DNA of 64,000 nt, from assembly GCA_963827635.1 (NCBI GenBank), contig CAWHBV010000009.1, forward strand, positions 281,802-345,801. Direction: 5' to 3'. Shown here piece after piece: positions 17,339-26,769 of the stretch. The stretch's first letter is position 1. The number at the start of each line of letters is the position of its first letter. Source of the DNA: an uncultured bacterium (GTDB taxonomy: Bacteria; Acidobacteriota; Aminicenantia; Aminicenantales; Saccharicenantaceae). Below the pieces are notes generated by a model. That model ran no database searches. It saw nothing but the letters and a program-made list of their open reading frames with translations, and was not told where the DNA came from. The position numbers and the translations under genes are program-made.

Positions 17339-18974
17339 CGGGCAACACGACCTCTTCGAAGATTCTGTCCTCGGATTCGAACACGGCCAGCAGCGCCTCC
17401 TCGGCAGGTCCGAGGCGCCGGCCCTCCTCGAGCCACCCGGCCAGCGTCAGGGCCCTCTCGAAGTGCTCGGCGGCCCGGTGCTCGGCGTAATCGCGGGCCG
17501 ACCAGGTCGAGATGAGGAAGGGCCAGTCGGAGCTCTCGAGAAGGTATTTCTCCCGGTAGAACTGCTTGAGAACGCGCCGGTCGAGGCCCGCGAGGCGCGG
17601 TTCGAGGGCGGCCGCGGCCCTCTCGATCCGGTAGATCTTCGTCCAGATCCAGGAGGTGTCGTCGTTGAGCCAGATCCCGTGGAAACCGCCCTGGCCCCAC
17701 GATCCCTCGGGGAGCGAGACGACGGTCGTCGGCGGGAGGGCCTCGAGCGCGCCGCTCGCGGTCACCGGTCCGACCGGACTCGCGGCCAGCTTCCGGACGA
17801 CGTGATAGAGCCATTCGGGACCCTCGAACCACCAGTGGCCGAAGAGCTCGGTGTCGTAGAGGGCGGCGACGGCGCCGGACGATCTGTCCTCGAGCGTCCT
17901 GGCGAGAACGGAGACGAAGTGCGCGGCGTGCTCTTCGGCCCGGGCGGCGGTCCGGTCCGGTTCGTAGGGCTCCTTGAGCCCCAGGTCGGCCTCGCCCGAG
18001 GTGATCCTCCAGTAGCGCATGCCGCCGGGGAAATGCTTCTTGTGGAATTCGAGATAGGCTCCGTCGCCGGGGTAGCCCATATAGCGGCTCCAGACCTGCG
18101 AACCCGAGACCTCGTCCCTGGCGAAGAACGGGAGCCGCGAGGGGTGGGCCAGGTGCGGGGTATACGGATCGTGCGGCAGAACCTCGCCCGCCTTGTAGGC
18201 GTCCCGGGACTTCTCCCAGAGCCGCTTGAGCCCGGGAAACCGGTCGATGTAGACCCCCTTGACTTCGCCTCCCTTGAGGAGGTGGCCGTCGACGAAGAAA
18301 TAACCCAGGCCCTCCTGGGCCAGGATCTCGTCGATCCCGGCCCGGTCCGCGGGCCCTTCGCCCGTGAGGGGATTGCTCCAGGCGTATCCGGGGCGGTAAG
18401 CGCATTCCGGGACCCAGAATCCCCGGGGCTCCCGGCCGAAGTACTTGCGGTACGTGTGCCGGCCCTGCCGGACCTGTTGGCGGATGCTCTCGTCCCTGGA
18501 GAGAAGGGGGAGATAGCCGTGTGTCGCCGCCGAGGTCAGGACCTCGATCTGGCCGCGGTCCTGGAGCGAGCGGAAGGCCTCGATGATGTCCTCGCCGAAG
18601 CGGCCGTGGAAATCCTCGATGAGCTTCCCGTACCGGCCTTCCCAGAAGGCGGCCACGGGGCGGAGCGCCGCGTTGCCGGTCCTCTCGAAAAATTCCCCGT
18701 CGCGGGCGGCGATCTCCCGCTTCATCCTCAGGTATTCGTCGAATCCCCGGACGAAGCCGGGGTCCTTGAGCTGGTCCATCAGGACGGGCGTGAAGCTGAC
18801 GCTCGTCCGGGCCGGAAGGCCTTCGCCGGCCAGGCGCTCGAAGACGTCGAGGAGCGGCAGGTAGGACTCCGCGGCGGCCTCGAAGAGCCAGTCCATCCCG
18901 TGCGGCCAGCTGCCGTGGGCGAGGACGTAGGGGATGTGGCTGTGCAGGACGAGGGCGAAGAACTTATCGGCCAC
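17322..18974 (-). CDS. GH57-family 1,4-alpha-glucan branching enzyme
   Basis: GTG start preceded by GAAGGAG. GH57 blocks LVLHSHIPYV, GQIEVLTSAATHGYLPLL and GFWVPECAY. Confidence 0.8.
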   Translation of the reverse strand: MADKFFALVLHSHIPYVLAHGSWPHGMDWLFEAAAESYLPLLDVFERLAGEGLPARTSVSFTPVLMDQLKDPGFVRGFDEYLRMKREIAARDGEFFERTGNAALRPVAAFWEGRYGKLIEDFHGRFGEDIIEAFRSLQDRGQIEVLTSAATHGYLPLLSRDESIRQQVRQGRHTYRKYFGREPRGFWVPECAYRPGYAWSNPLTGEGPADRAGIDEILAQEGLGYFFVDGHLLKGGEVKGVYIDRFPGLKRLWEKSRDAYKAGEVLPHDPYTPHLAHPSRLPFFARDEVSGSQVWSRYMGYPGDGAYLEFHKKHFPGGMRYWRITSGEADLGLKEPYEPDRTAARAEEHAAHFVSVLARTLEDRSSGAVAALYDTELFGHWWFEGPEWLYHVVRKLAASPVGPVTASGALEALPPTTVVSLPEGSWGQGGFHGIWLNDDTSWIWTKIYRIERAAAALEPRLAGLDRRVLKQFYREKYLLESSDWPFLISTWSARDYAEHRAAEHFERALTLAGWLEEGRRLGPAEEALLAVFESEDRIFEEVVLPDGNVI

Positions 18975-18983
18975 GCGGCTCCT

Positions 18984-20940
18984 TCAGTGACGACGGACAG
19001 GCGCTTGATCCCCTTGCCGGTCCATTCCACCGGCCAGACCGGGCAGAGGCAATAGCCTTGGTGGATTATATCAAATCCCTCCTCGGATTGGGAAACGGTC
19101 CTCAGGGCGAACGACCACAGCGCGCCGGCCCCGGCGGGCTCGAAGGAGAGCGCCCCGCCGTAGAGCGAAGCGCCCGCGGCGCCGAGGAGGGCGAACTCGT
19201 GCGGAAAGGCCAGCAGGTTCCACTCCGATCCGTAGGTCAGGGCGAGCGCCCGGTCGGACGGGTTCTCGAGCTCGATCTCGACGCGGAGCCCGCCGTCGGC
19301 GCTGGCGATCGTCTTGCGGACGATGAGCGGAACGCTCTCCGCCCCGGCCCGGACGGACCCGCGTCGTTCGAGACGGAGGACCGCGCCTTCGGCGGAGGCC
19401 GCGAACGCTCCGCCGGCGAAATCCCCCTCGTCGACGAAATCGTTCCGGCGGAGGTCTTCCGGTCCCGTCCCGGTCCCGAAGAAGCGGTCGATGAGCGAAT
19501 GGCGGAGGTGCCGGTCGTAGCGGAGGAGCTCCCCGGCTTCCGGAGGCAGCCGCTTGTCCAGCTCGTGGATGCTTTTCCCCTCGCTCCCCTCCCCCGCCGC
19601 CGTCGCGGAGGGCGTCCGGTGATAGGACTCGCGCCGCCGCGTGAGGACGTTCGAGAGGTTCCTCGGCCAGGGGCGGTAATCGATCTCGGCGAGAGTCCCG
19701 CCCGAGGCCGGCCGGGCCAGGAGCCCGAAGGTCCCGTCCCTGTAGAAGAGCTCCTCCCGGCCGTCGCAATCGTAATCCGAGGCCTGCCAGCCGTCCGGAT
19801 CGGGCGTCCGCTTTTCGGCTTCGAGAAGATGACGGAAGGCGGCCTCCCGCAGGTGGGGCAGGTAGAGGCCGCCGAAGACGCCGTGCCAGTAGGGATCGTT
19901 GCATTGGGACTTGTAGAGATCGGCCGTGGCCTCGCGGCCGCCGCCGGCGGCGCGGACCCGGGCGGAGACCGCGACCATCCGCTTGTGGAGGTGGTTCGCC
20001 TCGGGATACTTGCGCAGGAAATCGCGGAAGAAGCCGCCGCGCAGGAAGCGGCGGGCCTCCGGCCCGGCCCCGGACTTGAGCTTGGCGTAGGCGGCCTGCT
20101 CTTCGGGCTCGAGGACCCATTCGGTCATCTCCTCGTAGGAGGCCGGGGGAAGGTAGACGCGCCCGGCCGGCGGGTGGGCGTCCATGTGGTCGGAGAAGGA
20201 GGTCGTCCGGATGTCCCGTTCCTCGACGTAGCGCAGGAACTTCTCGAGCCAGCCGTCCTCGTAGACCCACTTGCGGGTCCCCGGCCAGACGCCGAATTTC
20301 TCCCCGTCGTCGCCGAGGATGGCCGTGCCGCCGGCGGCGCGGATCCGGCCGAGGTGGGCGTCGAGGTCGTCGAGAGGACGGAAGGGAATGAGATAGCGCA
20401 GCGTCTTGTCGATGGGAAAAAGACGGAGCGATGTGCCCTTCCTCTTCCGTGACGTAGGTCGTGTGGAGGTCGCCGACGCCGGCGCAGTGGAAGTGCTCCT
20501 CGTCGAGGAGCGTGAACTCGATGCCCGCCGCGGCCAGGGACTTGGGCAGGTGGGGTTCCCAGACCCTCTCGGTGAGCCACAGCGCCGCGCGGCTTCCGGC
20601 CGAAGTTCTCGCTCAGGAAGTCGCTCATCATCCGGACCTGGCCGATGCGGTCCGCTTCGGGAATGAGGGACAGGATGGGCTCGTAGAAACCGCCGCCGAG
20701 AAGCTCGACCTGGCCGCGCCCGGCGAGCTCCTTGACCAGGTCCCAGCAGGCCCGTTCGTTCTTTTCCATGTACTCCCAGAGCGGGCCGGAAAAGTGGAGG
20801 GCGAAGCGGAAGCCGGGATGGCGGGCGAGGCCCTCGAGCAGAGGCCTGTAGCAATCGGCGAAGGCCGCCTCGAAGACGTGATCGAAGTTGCCCACCGGCT
20901 GGTGGTTGTGGATGGCGAAAAGGAAGTCGGGGCCGCTCAT
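18984..20940 (-). CDS. GH57-family alpha-amylase / 4-alpha-glucanotransferase-like enzyme (at least two frameshifts, 3' end uncertain)
   Basis: GH57 blocks FAIHNHQPVGNF, GQVELLGGGFYEPIL, LWLTERVWEP and GDDGEKFG. Frame switches near 20583 and about 20428. The stop is at 18984-18986 or 18964-18966 depending on the terminal frame. Confidence 0.7.
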
Positions 20941-20945
20941 GTCGG

Positions 20946-22351
20946 TCAGATCCCCTCCTGGGCCAGGATGTAGGCCAGGACGGCCAGAACGACCGCCTGG
21001 AGCTCGAGCTCGCGCGGATGGACGCTCGCGACGGTGTCGAGCGCGGAGTGGTGGACGTCGAAATAGGCCTGGGAGGCGGGCATGACGGCGGCCGGGACGG
21101 CCCCCTGCGCGACGAGAGGCGCCACGTCCACCCCTCCCCCGCCGGGCCCGATGAACGCGATGCCGAAGGGCTTGAGCAGCTCGCGGAAGCCGGCGGCCTT
21201 TTCGAGGGCCCGGCTGCCGGCCGCGCCGATCGCGAGGCCGATCGGCACGAACGCGCCCCGGTCCGACTCGGCCGCGAGGACGTGCCTTTCGCCCTTGCGC
21301 AGCGGCGAATCGGCGTAGGCCCTCCCGCCCGTGCCGCCGAACTCCTCGTCCATGAAGAAGACGGCCCGGACGGTCCGCTTCGGCCGCAGTCCGAGGTCGC
21401 GGATGAGGGCCAGGGCTTCGAGCGCCGCCGCGCAGCCGGCCGCGTCGTCGTGCGCGCCGACGCCGAGGTCCCAGCTGTCGAGGTGCCCGCCGAGCAGGAC
21501 GATCTCGTCCGGAAGCTCGGAACCCGTGATCTCGCCGACGACGTTGGCCGAGACCGTCCGGCCCATGTCCCGGCAATCCATCTCGAGGGACACGGCGACG
21601 TCCTTCTCCTTCTTCAGGACCTCGCTCAGCCGGTCGGCATCGAGGGTGGCGACGGCGGCGGCGGGGATCCGGGGAGCGTCGGCATCGTACTTCAGCATCC
21701 CGGTATGCGGATGGAGGTCCTCGCGGAAGGTCAGCGAGCGGACCAGCACGGCGACCGCGCCGACCCGGGCCGCGGCGGAGGCCCCGGCGACGCGCTGATC
21801 GGCGGCCCCGCCGTAGGCGGCGAAAGGCTCGGTCAGGCGCCTGTCCATGGGCCGGTTGAAGAAGAGGATCCTGCCTTCGGCCGCCCGGCCGAGCGCCGCG
21901 GCTTCGGCCAGCGAGCGCACTTCGACGACGGGCGCCGTGAGGCCGCCGGCCGGCGTCCCCACGCTTCCGCCCAGGGCGCAGACGGCCAGCGGCACTGGCC
22001 GCTCTCGTCCCGGAGGCGAGGAGGACGGCCTCGGCGGTCTCGCCCCGTACCCAGTGTCCGACCTCGACCGGCTCGCTGTGGACGTCCTGGAGCCCCATCT
22101 CCTCCATGAGCTTCAGGGACACGTCGACGGCCGCCGCCGCCCCGGGCGATCCCGTCAGCCGCGGCCCGACGGAACAGATGCGGGTGAGGATCCGGTGGGC
22201 CCTCTCGCCGGAGAGCCCCGCTTCGCGGATCCTGTCGACCGTGCTCCCGTAGGCGTCCGCCACGGGGTCCGGTCCCGCTTTCCCGGACGCAGGAAAGCGC
22301 GAAGCTCAGGACGAGGGCGGCGATGAGGATGCAGAAACGGGATCTCTTCAT
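20946..22351 (-). CDS. M28-family aminopeptidase lipoprotein (two apparent frameshifts)
   Basis: Lipoprotein signal MKRSRFCILIAALVLSFALSC. M28 metal-site blocks GGHLDSWDLGVGAHDDAAG and FFMDEEFGGTGG. Frame switches near 22283 and 22007. Confidence 0.75.
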
Positions 22352-22376
22352 GGCGGCCGGCTTCGTTCCCCGCAGG

Positions 22377-23457
22377 TCAACGGTGGAGGAAACAGCGCTC
22401 GGAATCCAGCTCTCCGGGCTTGCGGGTGATGATCATGGCCAGGCCGAGCTCGTCGGCCTTGTCGATGACCTCCTGGTCCTTGACCGAGCCCAGAGGATAG
22501 ATGAGGGCGGTGATGCCGTGCTTCCCGGCCAGCTCGACGACGTCCGGAAAGGGCATGAACGCGTCGGAGGCGAGGACGCAGCCCTCGGGGCCGTAGCCGC
22601 GGCGCGACAGCCGGATGGCGTCCTCGGCGGAATCGATGCGGCTGCGCTGGCCGGAGCCGATGCCGTGGGTCTTGTCCTCCGTCCCGATGACGACGGCGTT
22701 GGACCGGGTGAAGCAGGCCACCGTCCAGTTGAAGAGGGCCGCCCGGACCTCGGCGGGACTCGGCTTCCTCCGGGAGACGACGTCGACCGATTCCGGCGAG
22801 ACGATCTTCGAGTCGAAGCGCTTCTGGATGAGCAGGCCGCCGGCCACCCGCTTCACCTCGAGGCCGTTGTCGACGGACGGGGCGTCGAGCGGCGCGCCCA
22901 TCCGGACCACGCGCAGGACCTTGCGCGTCGCCAGCACCTCGAGCGCTTCGGGGGCGAAGTCGGGCGCGTAGACGACCTCGACGTTGCGCGGGCTCTCCAC
23001 GAGGAGCCGGGCCAGCGGCTCGGTCACGCGGTAGCTGAAGACGTCGACGCCGCCGAAGTTCGACAGCGAGTCGCACTTCCAGGCCTTCTCGAACGTGCCG
23101 ACCGCGTCGTCGCCCAGGGCGACGCCGCTCGGCATCTCGTGCTTGATGATGACGCAGGCCTGGCGGCCGGGGAACACCTGGACGAGCTTGCGGGCCAGGC
23201 GCTGGCCGAGGTCCATGTCCCCGACGTTGATGTAGCTCAGGCCCTTGGTGCCTTCCTGCAGGATCTCGAGCCGGCCCATGTTCGGGCCCTCGGCGCCCGA
23301 CCTCCTGATAGAAGGCCGCCGGGTAGCCCGGGTTCTCGCCGTAGCGCATGGGGAACTTCTTGACGAAGGTGTCGTCGCCCAGGACGAGCGTGTCGGGGAA
23401 ATCCTCCCGGACCTTCGTCAGGTACTGGCTGCGGGCGGTGCGCTCGGGCTTGCTCAT
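22377..23457 (-). CDS. purH: AICAR formyltransferase-only PurH (no IMP cyclohydrolase/MGS domain; one apparent frameshift)
   Basis: MRYGENPGYPAAFY (compare LRYGENPHQ) lies about 35 residues from the N-terminus. The rest aligns by eye to the AICARFT domain (GIGSGQRSRIDS, SDAFMPFPD). Frame switch near 23295. Confidence 0.75.
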
Positions 23458-23460
23458 GGG

Positions 23461-24195
23461 TCAGGTCCTTTCGTGGCGGTTGATGATGCGGACCTCGGCC
23501 TTGTCCGGTTCCGAGAGGGAGGCGAAGACGCAGGCGACGGCGACCCGGAAGTCCTTGCCGCCCGGCGCCGGGGCGAGGTCCGCGTAGGCCGCTTCGGCGG
23601 CCTCCGCCGCCGTCGAGCCGGCGAGACCGATCGGGCGGGGTTCGCCGCGGAACGCGGGCAGCGGTTCGGCGTTGGGGCCCTCGTAGGTCGAAACGAGCCG
23701 GCCTTCGCCGGGCCGGAGGACGGTCTCGAAGTAATGGCGCAGGGTCTCTCCCGCCTGCCCGCGGCGGACGACGCTCAAGGCCGCCCGCCCGCCGGCGAGA
23801 CAGCCGCTGATGCGCGGCGTGAAGATGGGGGCGTCGGGCTCGAAGTCCCAGGCCGAAAGGGCCCGCGACAGGACGGAGACCGGGTCCGCCCCGGGCGCGA
23901 GGCCGTCGCGGATGTCCGCGGTCTGTTTGCCGTTCGATACGGCGATGCCGGCCGGCCCGAAGAGGACGGCGGGATAGACGAGGAGGTCGACGTTGCCCTT
24001 CTTCAGGGTCTCTTCGTCGGTCGGCTGGACCCAGATCCCGCCGTCGCGAAGGACCAGCTTGCGGGCCTGGCTCGAGGGGGAGCGTCCGGTGATGGCGTAG
24101 AGGACGACGGCGCGGCCGTTCCCGTGCGGCGCGCCGATGACGATGAGCCGTCCGGGGTATTCGAGCGTCCTGAGCAGTCCTTGGGGGTTGTCCAT
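23461..24195 (-). CDS. purO: Archaeal-type IMP cyclohydrolase (PurO-like)
   Basis: The blocks YPGRLIVIG...AITGRS, AVSNGKQTADI, TPRISG and STYEG match my recollection of Methanocaldococcus PurO. Sits 3 nt upstream of the AICARFT gene. Confidence 0.65.
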   Translation of the reverse strand: MDNPQGLLRTLEYPGRLIVIGAPHGNGRAVVLYAITGRSPSSQARKLVLRDGGIWVQPTDEETLKKGNVDLLVYPAVLFGPAGIAVSNGKQTADIRDGLAPGADPVSVLSRALSAWDFEPDAPIFTPRISGCLAGGRAALSVVRRGQAGETLRHYFETVLRPGEGRLVSTYEGPNAEPLPAFRGEPRPIGLAGSTAAEAAEAAYADLAPAPGGKDFRVAVACVFASLSEPDKAEVRIINRHERT

Positions 24196-24217
24196 CGGGC
24201 CGTCCTTTCGGGCCTAT

Positions 24218-24246
24218 AGTTAACACAGGCGCCGAAGCCAAGTCAA
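24218..24246 (-). promoter_or_regulatory. Sigma70-like promoter for purO-purH
   Basis: The minus strand reads TTGACT-17 nt-TTAACT. Confidence 0.35.
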
Positions 24247-24250
24247 AGTC

Positions 24251-24280
24251 TTGAGCGCCTTCGCCGGAATCTGATAGAAT
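24251..24280 (+). promoter_or_regulatory. Promoter with extended -10 (TGATAGAAT) for the LOG gene
   Basis: TTGAGC-18 nt-TAGAAT with TG at -15/-14. The 5' UTR carries AGGAGG. Confidence 0.5.
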
Positions 24281-24315
24281 CGGTCCGAGAACCGTCACAG
24301 GAGGTCGAGGCGACG

Positions 24316-25053
24316 ATGAAAAAGACCGACCAGCCCGAGCAGTCCTTCCGCGATCCGGAATTCCTCGAATCCTTGGAGGGCCGGACGCTCCGCATCCTGA
24401 GCGAATATCTCGGCCCGATGACGCGCCTCGACAAGGCCAAGATCAACAGCACCATCCTCTTCCTCGGCTCGGCCAAGGCCGATCCGACCAACGCCGACTC
24501 CGCCTTCCACCGCTATTACTGGGAGGCGGAGGAGCTGGCCTATCTGCTGGCCAAGTGGGCCATCGGGATCAAGACGCCCCGGGGCAAGGATTTCGTCGTC
24601 TGCACGGGGGCCGGGCCGGGCATCATGGAAGCGGCCAACCGCGGGGCCGCCCGGGCCGGGGGCAAGACGATCGGCATGAACATCTCGCTCCCCCAGGCCC
24701 AGAACGCCAACCCCTACGTGACGCCCGAGCTGTCCTTCTCCTTCCACTATTTCTTCATGAGGAAGTTCTGGCTGGCCTACAAGGCCAAGGCCGTGATCAT
24801 CTTCCCGGGCGGCTTCGGGACGCTCGACGAATTCTTCGAGATCGCCACGCTCCTCCAGACGAGCAAGATCTCGAAAAAGGAGCTCGCCCTGGTCCTCTAC
24901 GGCGAGGACTACTGGAGCGACCTGATCAAGTTCGATTCGATGGTCAAGAAAGGCGCCATCTGCGCCGACGACCTCAAGCTCTTCAAGGTCTGCTCGACGC
25001 CCAAGGCGGCCTTCGCTTATCTCAAGAAGAGGCTCCTGGAATCCCTTGGCTGA
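24316..25053 (+). CDS. LOG-family nucleotide 5'-monophosphate nucleosidase (lysine-decarboxylase-like family)
   Basis: PGGxGTxxE motif (FPGGFGTLDEFFE) and GAGPGIMEAANRGA. Confidence 0.8.
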   Translation: MKKTDQPEQSFRDPEFLESLEGRTLRILSEYLGPMTRLDKAKINSTILFLGSAKADPTNADSAFHRYYWEAEELAYLLAKWAIGIKTPRGKDFVVCTGAGPGIMEAANRGAARAGGKTIGMNISLPQAQNANPYVTPELSFSFHYFFMRKFWLAYKAKAVIIFPGGFGTLDEFFEIATLLQTSKISKKELALVLYGEDYWSDLIKFDSMVKKGAICADDLKLFKVCSTPKAAFAYLKKRLLESLG

Positions 25054-25696
25054 CCGGTCCGGCCGCCTGCGCGGCGCCGCGGCGGCGGTCGCCGTGCTGA
25101 TCCTCGCCGCGGCCGGCGGGGCCTGTTCCCGTCTCCCCCGTTCCGGCCGGCCCGGTGCCTCGACCGGCGTCGCCTCGTGGTACGGGACGGAATTCGACGG
25201 ACGGACGACCTCGAGCCGCGAGATCTACGACATGAACGACCTGACCGCGGCCCACCGGACACTCCCCTTCGGGACGTACGTCATGGTGACCAACCTCGCG
25301 AACGGCCGCTCGGTCGTCGTCCGCATCAACGACCGGGGCCCGTTCGTCCGGGGCCGCGTCATCGATCTGTCCTACGCGGCCGCCCGCGTGCTGGGCATCG
25401 TCGGGCCGGGCACGGCCCGCGTCCGCCTGGTGCCGCTGAAGGGCTTCAAGGGACCGGCGGGGACGGAACGTCAGGGCGTCGTCTGGATCCAGGTCGGCGC
25501 CTACACCGTCCAGGAGACGGCTTACGCCGTCAAGAAGCGGCTGGACGCATCCTTTCGGGGCGTCACCGTGACCGCCGTCAAGACCGGGAGCGGCACCTTT
25601 TTCCGGGTCCGGGTCAGGACGGACGAGGGCGAAGCGCGAAGCCTGGCCCGGCGCCTGGCCGGCGAAGGCTATCCGGTCATCATCGTCCGCGAGTGA
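25046..25696 (+). CDS. rlpA: Septal-ring lytic transglycosylase RlpA-like lipoprotein (DPBB plus SPOR)
   Basis: TTG start overlapping the LOG stop. Signal/lipobox AAAGGAC. DPBB block ASWYGTEFDGRTTSSREIYD...VRINDRGPF. SPOR-like C-terminus. Confidence 0.75.
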   Translation: MADRSGRLRGAAAAVAVLILAAAGGACSRLPRSGRPGASTGVASWYGTEFDGRTTSSREIYDMNDLTAAHRTLPFGTYVMVTNLANGRSVVVRINDRGPFVRGRVIDLSYAAARVLGIVGPGTARVRLVPLKGFKGPAGTERQGVVWIQVGAYTVQETAYAVKKRLDASFRGVTVTAVKTGSGTFFRVRVRTDEGEARSLARRLAGEGYPVIIVRE

Positions 25697-25699
25697 GCG

Positions 25700-26764
25700 C
25701 TAGCGGCCGTCCCCCGGGGCCTTGAACAGGTAGGCGACGTCGCGGAGCCTGTTCTCGATCCCGTCGTGGACGGCGAACCGGCCGCCCTGGTAGATCCCGG
25801 CCGCGCCGAATTCCCCCTTCCTGTTGAGGGCGTAGAAATCGAGCCCGAATTTCGGCCGGCCCTTGTCGTCGCAGAGCCGGGGCACGAGCCGCGTCTTGGC
25901 GACGACGGCCTCGCAGGCCTTGAGGCAGGCCTGCTCGGGCGTCATGCCCCGGCCCATGGCGTCGACGATCCGGAAGCTGGCGCACGTCTGGAGGTTGGCC
26001 TCGCCCCGTCCGGTCGAGCCGGCCGCGCCGATCTCGTTGTCGACGTAGAGGCCGGCCCCGATGATGGGCGAGTCGCCGACCCGCCCGGCGATCTTCCACG
26101 ACATGCCGCTCGTCGTCGTCACCCCGGCCAGCCGGCCGGCGCCGTCCAGGGCGATGCAGTTGATCGTGCCGTGGGTGCTCATCGCCGAACGGAGCTCCCC
26201 GGGCAGGCCCTCGGACCGGGGCGGGAACCAGTTGTCGCGGTCCGACACGGTTTCCTTCCAGAGCAGCCAGGCCGCCCGCGACTTCTCGGTCAGGAGGTCC
26301 TCCTCCTTGAAGCCGTGGGCCCGGGCGAACTTCAGCGCGCCTTCGCCGACGAGGAGGACGTGGTCCGTGCGTTCCATGACCAGCCGGGCGACCTTCGAGG
26401 GGTTCTTGATGTTCCTGAGCGAGGCCACGGCCCCGGCCGAATGGGTCGGGCCGTACATGACCGAAGCATCGAGCTCGACGATCCCGTCCTCGTTGGGCAG
26501 GCCGCCGTAGCCGACGGACATGTCGTCCGGATCGTCCTCGACGATGTTCACCCCGGCGATGACGGCGTCGAGGGGATCGCCGCCGGCCTTGAGGATCTCC
26601 ATCGCCTTTTCGGTGGCCCGGATGCCGTTCCCGCTGGATACGGCCTTCGGTCCGGCGGGCGCCGCCGGGCCCGCCGCTTCCGCCCGCCCGCCGCCGAGCA
26701 CGAGCGCCGCCGCTCCCGCTCCGGCCCCCGCTTTGAGGAAATCCCGTCTCGAATATGGGACCAT
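25700..26764 (-). CDS. Tat-exported glycosylasparaginase / isoaspartyl peptidase (Ntn hydrolase)
   Basis: Tat motif SRRDFLKAGAGAGA. Autoprocessing/nucleophile site HGTINCIALD. GAGLYVDNEIGAAGSTG. Confidence 0.8.
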   Translation of the reverse strand: MVPYSRRDFLKAGAGAGAAALVLGGGRAEAAGPAAPAGPKAVSSGNGIRATEKAMEILKAGGDPLDAVIAGVNIVEDDPDDMSVGYGGLPNEDGIVELDASVMYGPTHSAGAVASLRNIKNPSKVARLVMERTDHVLLVGEGALKFARAHGFKEEDLLTEKSRAAWLLWKETVSDRDNWFPPRSEGLPGELRSAMSTHGTINCIALDGAGRLAGVTTTSGMSWKIAGRVGDSPIIGAGLYVDNEIGAAGSTGRGEANLQTCASFRIVDAMGRGMTPEQACLKACEAVVAKTRLVPRLCDDKGRPKFGLDFYALNRKGEFGAAGIYQGGRFAVHDGIENRLRDVAYLFKAPGDGR

Positions 26765-26769
26765 GGGAC

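Noticed and set aside
24196-24315. Possible ZTP (pfl) riboswitch upstream of purO-purH.
   Set aside because: There is no CCGCCTGGGC-like pseudoknot element or GGGTCGTGAC-like 5' sub-domain on the minus strand. The region is better explained by two divergent promoters.
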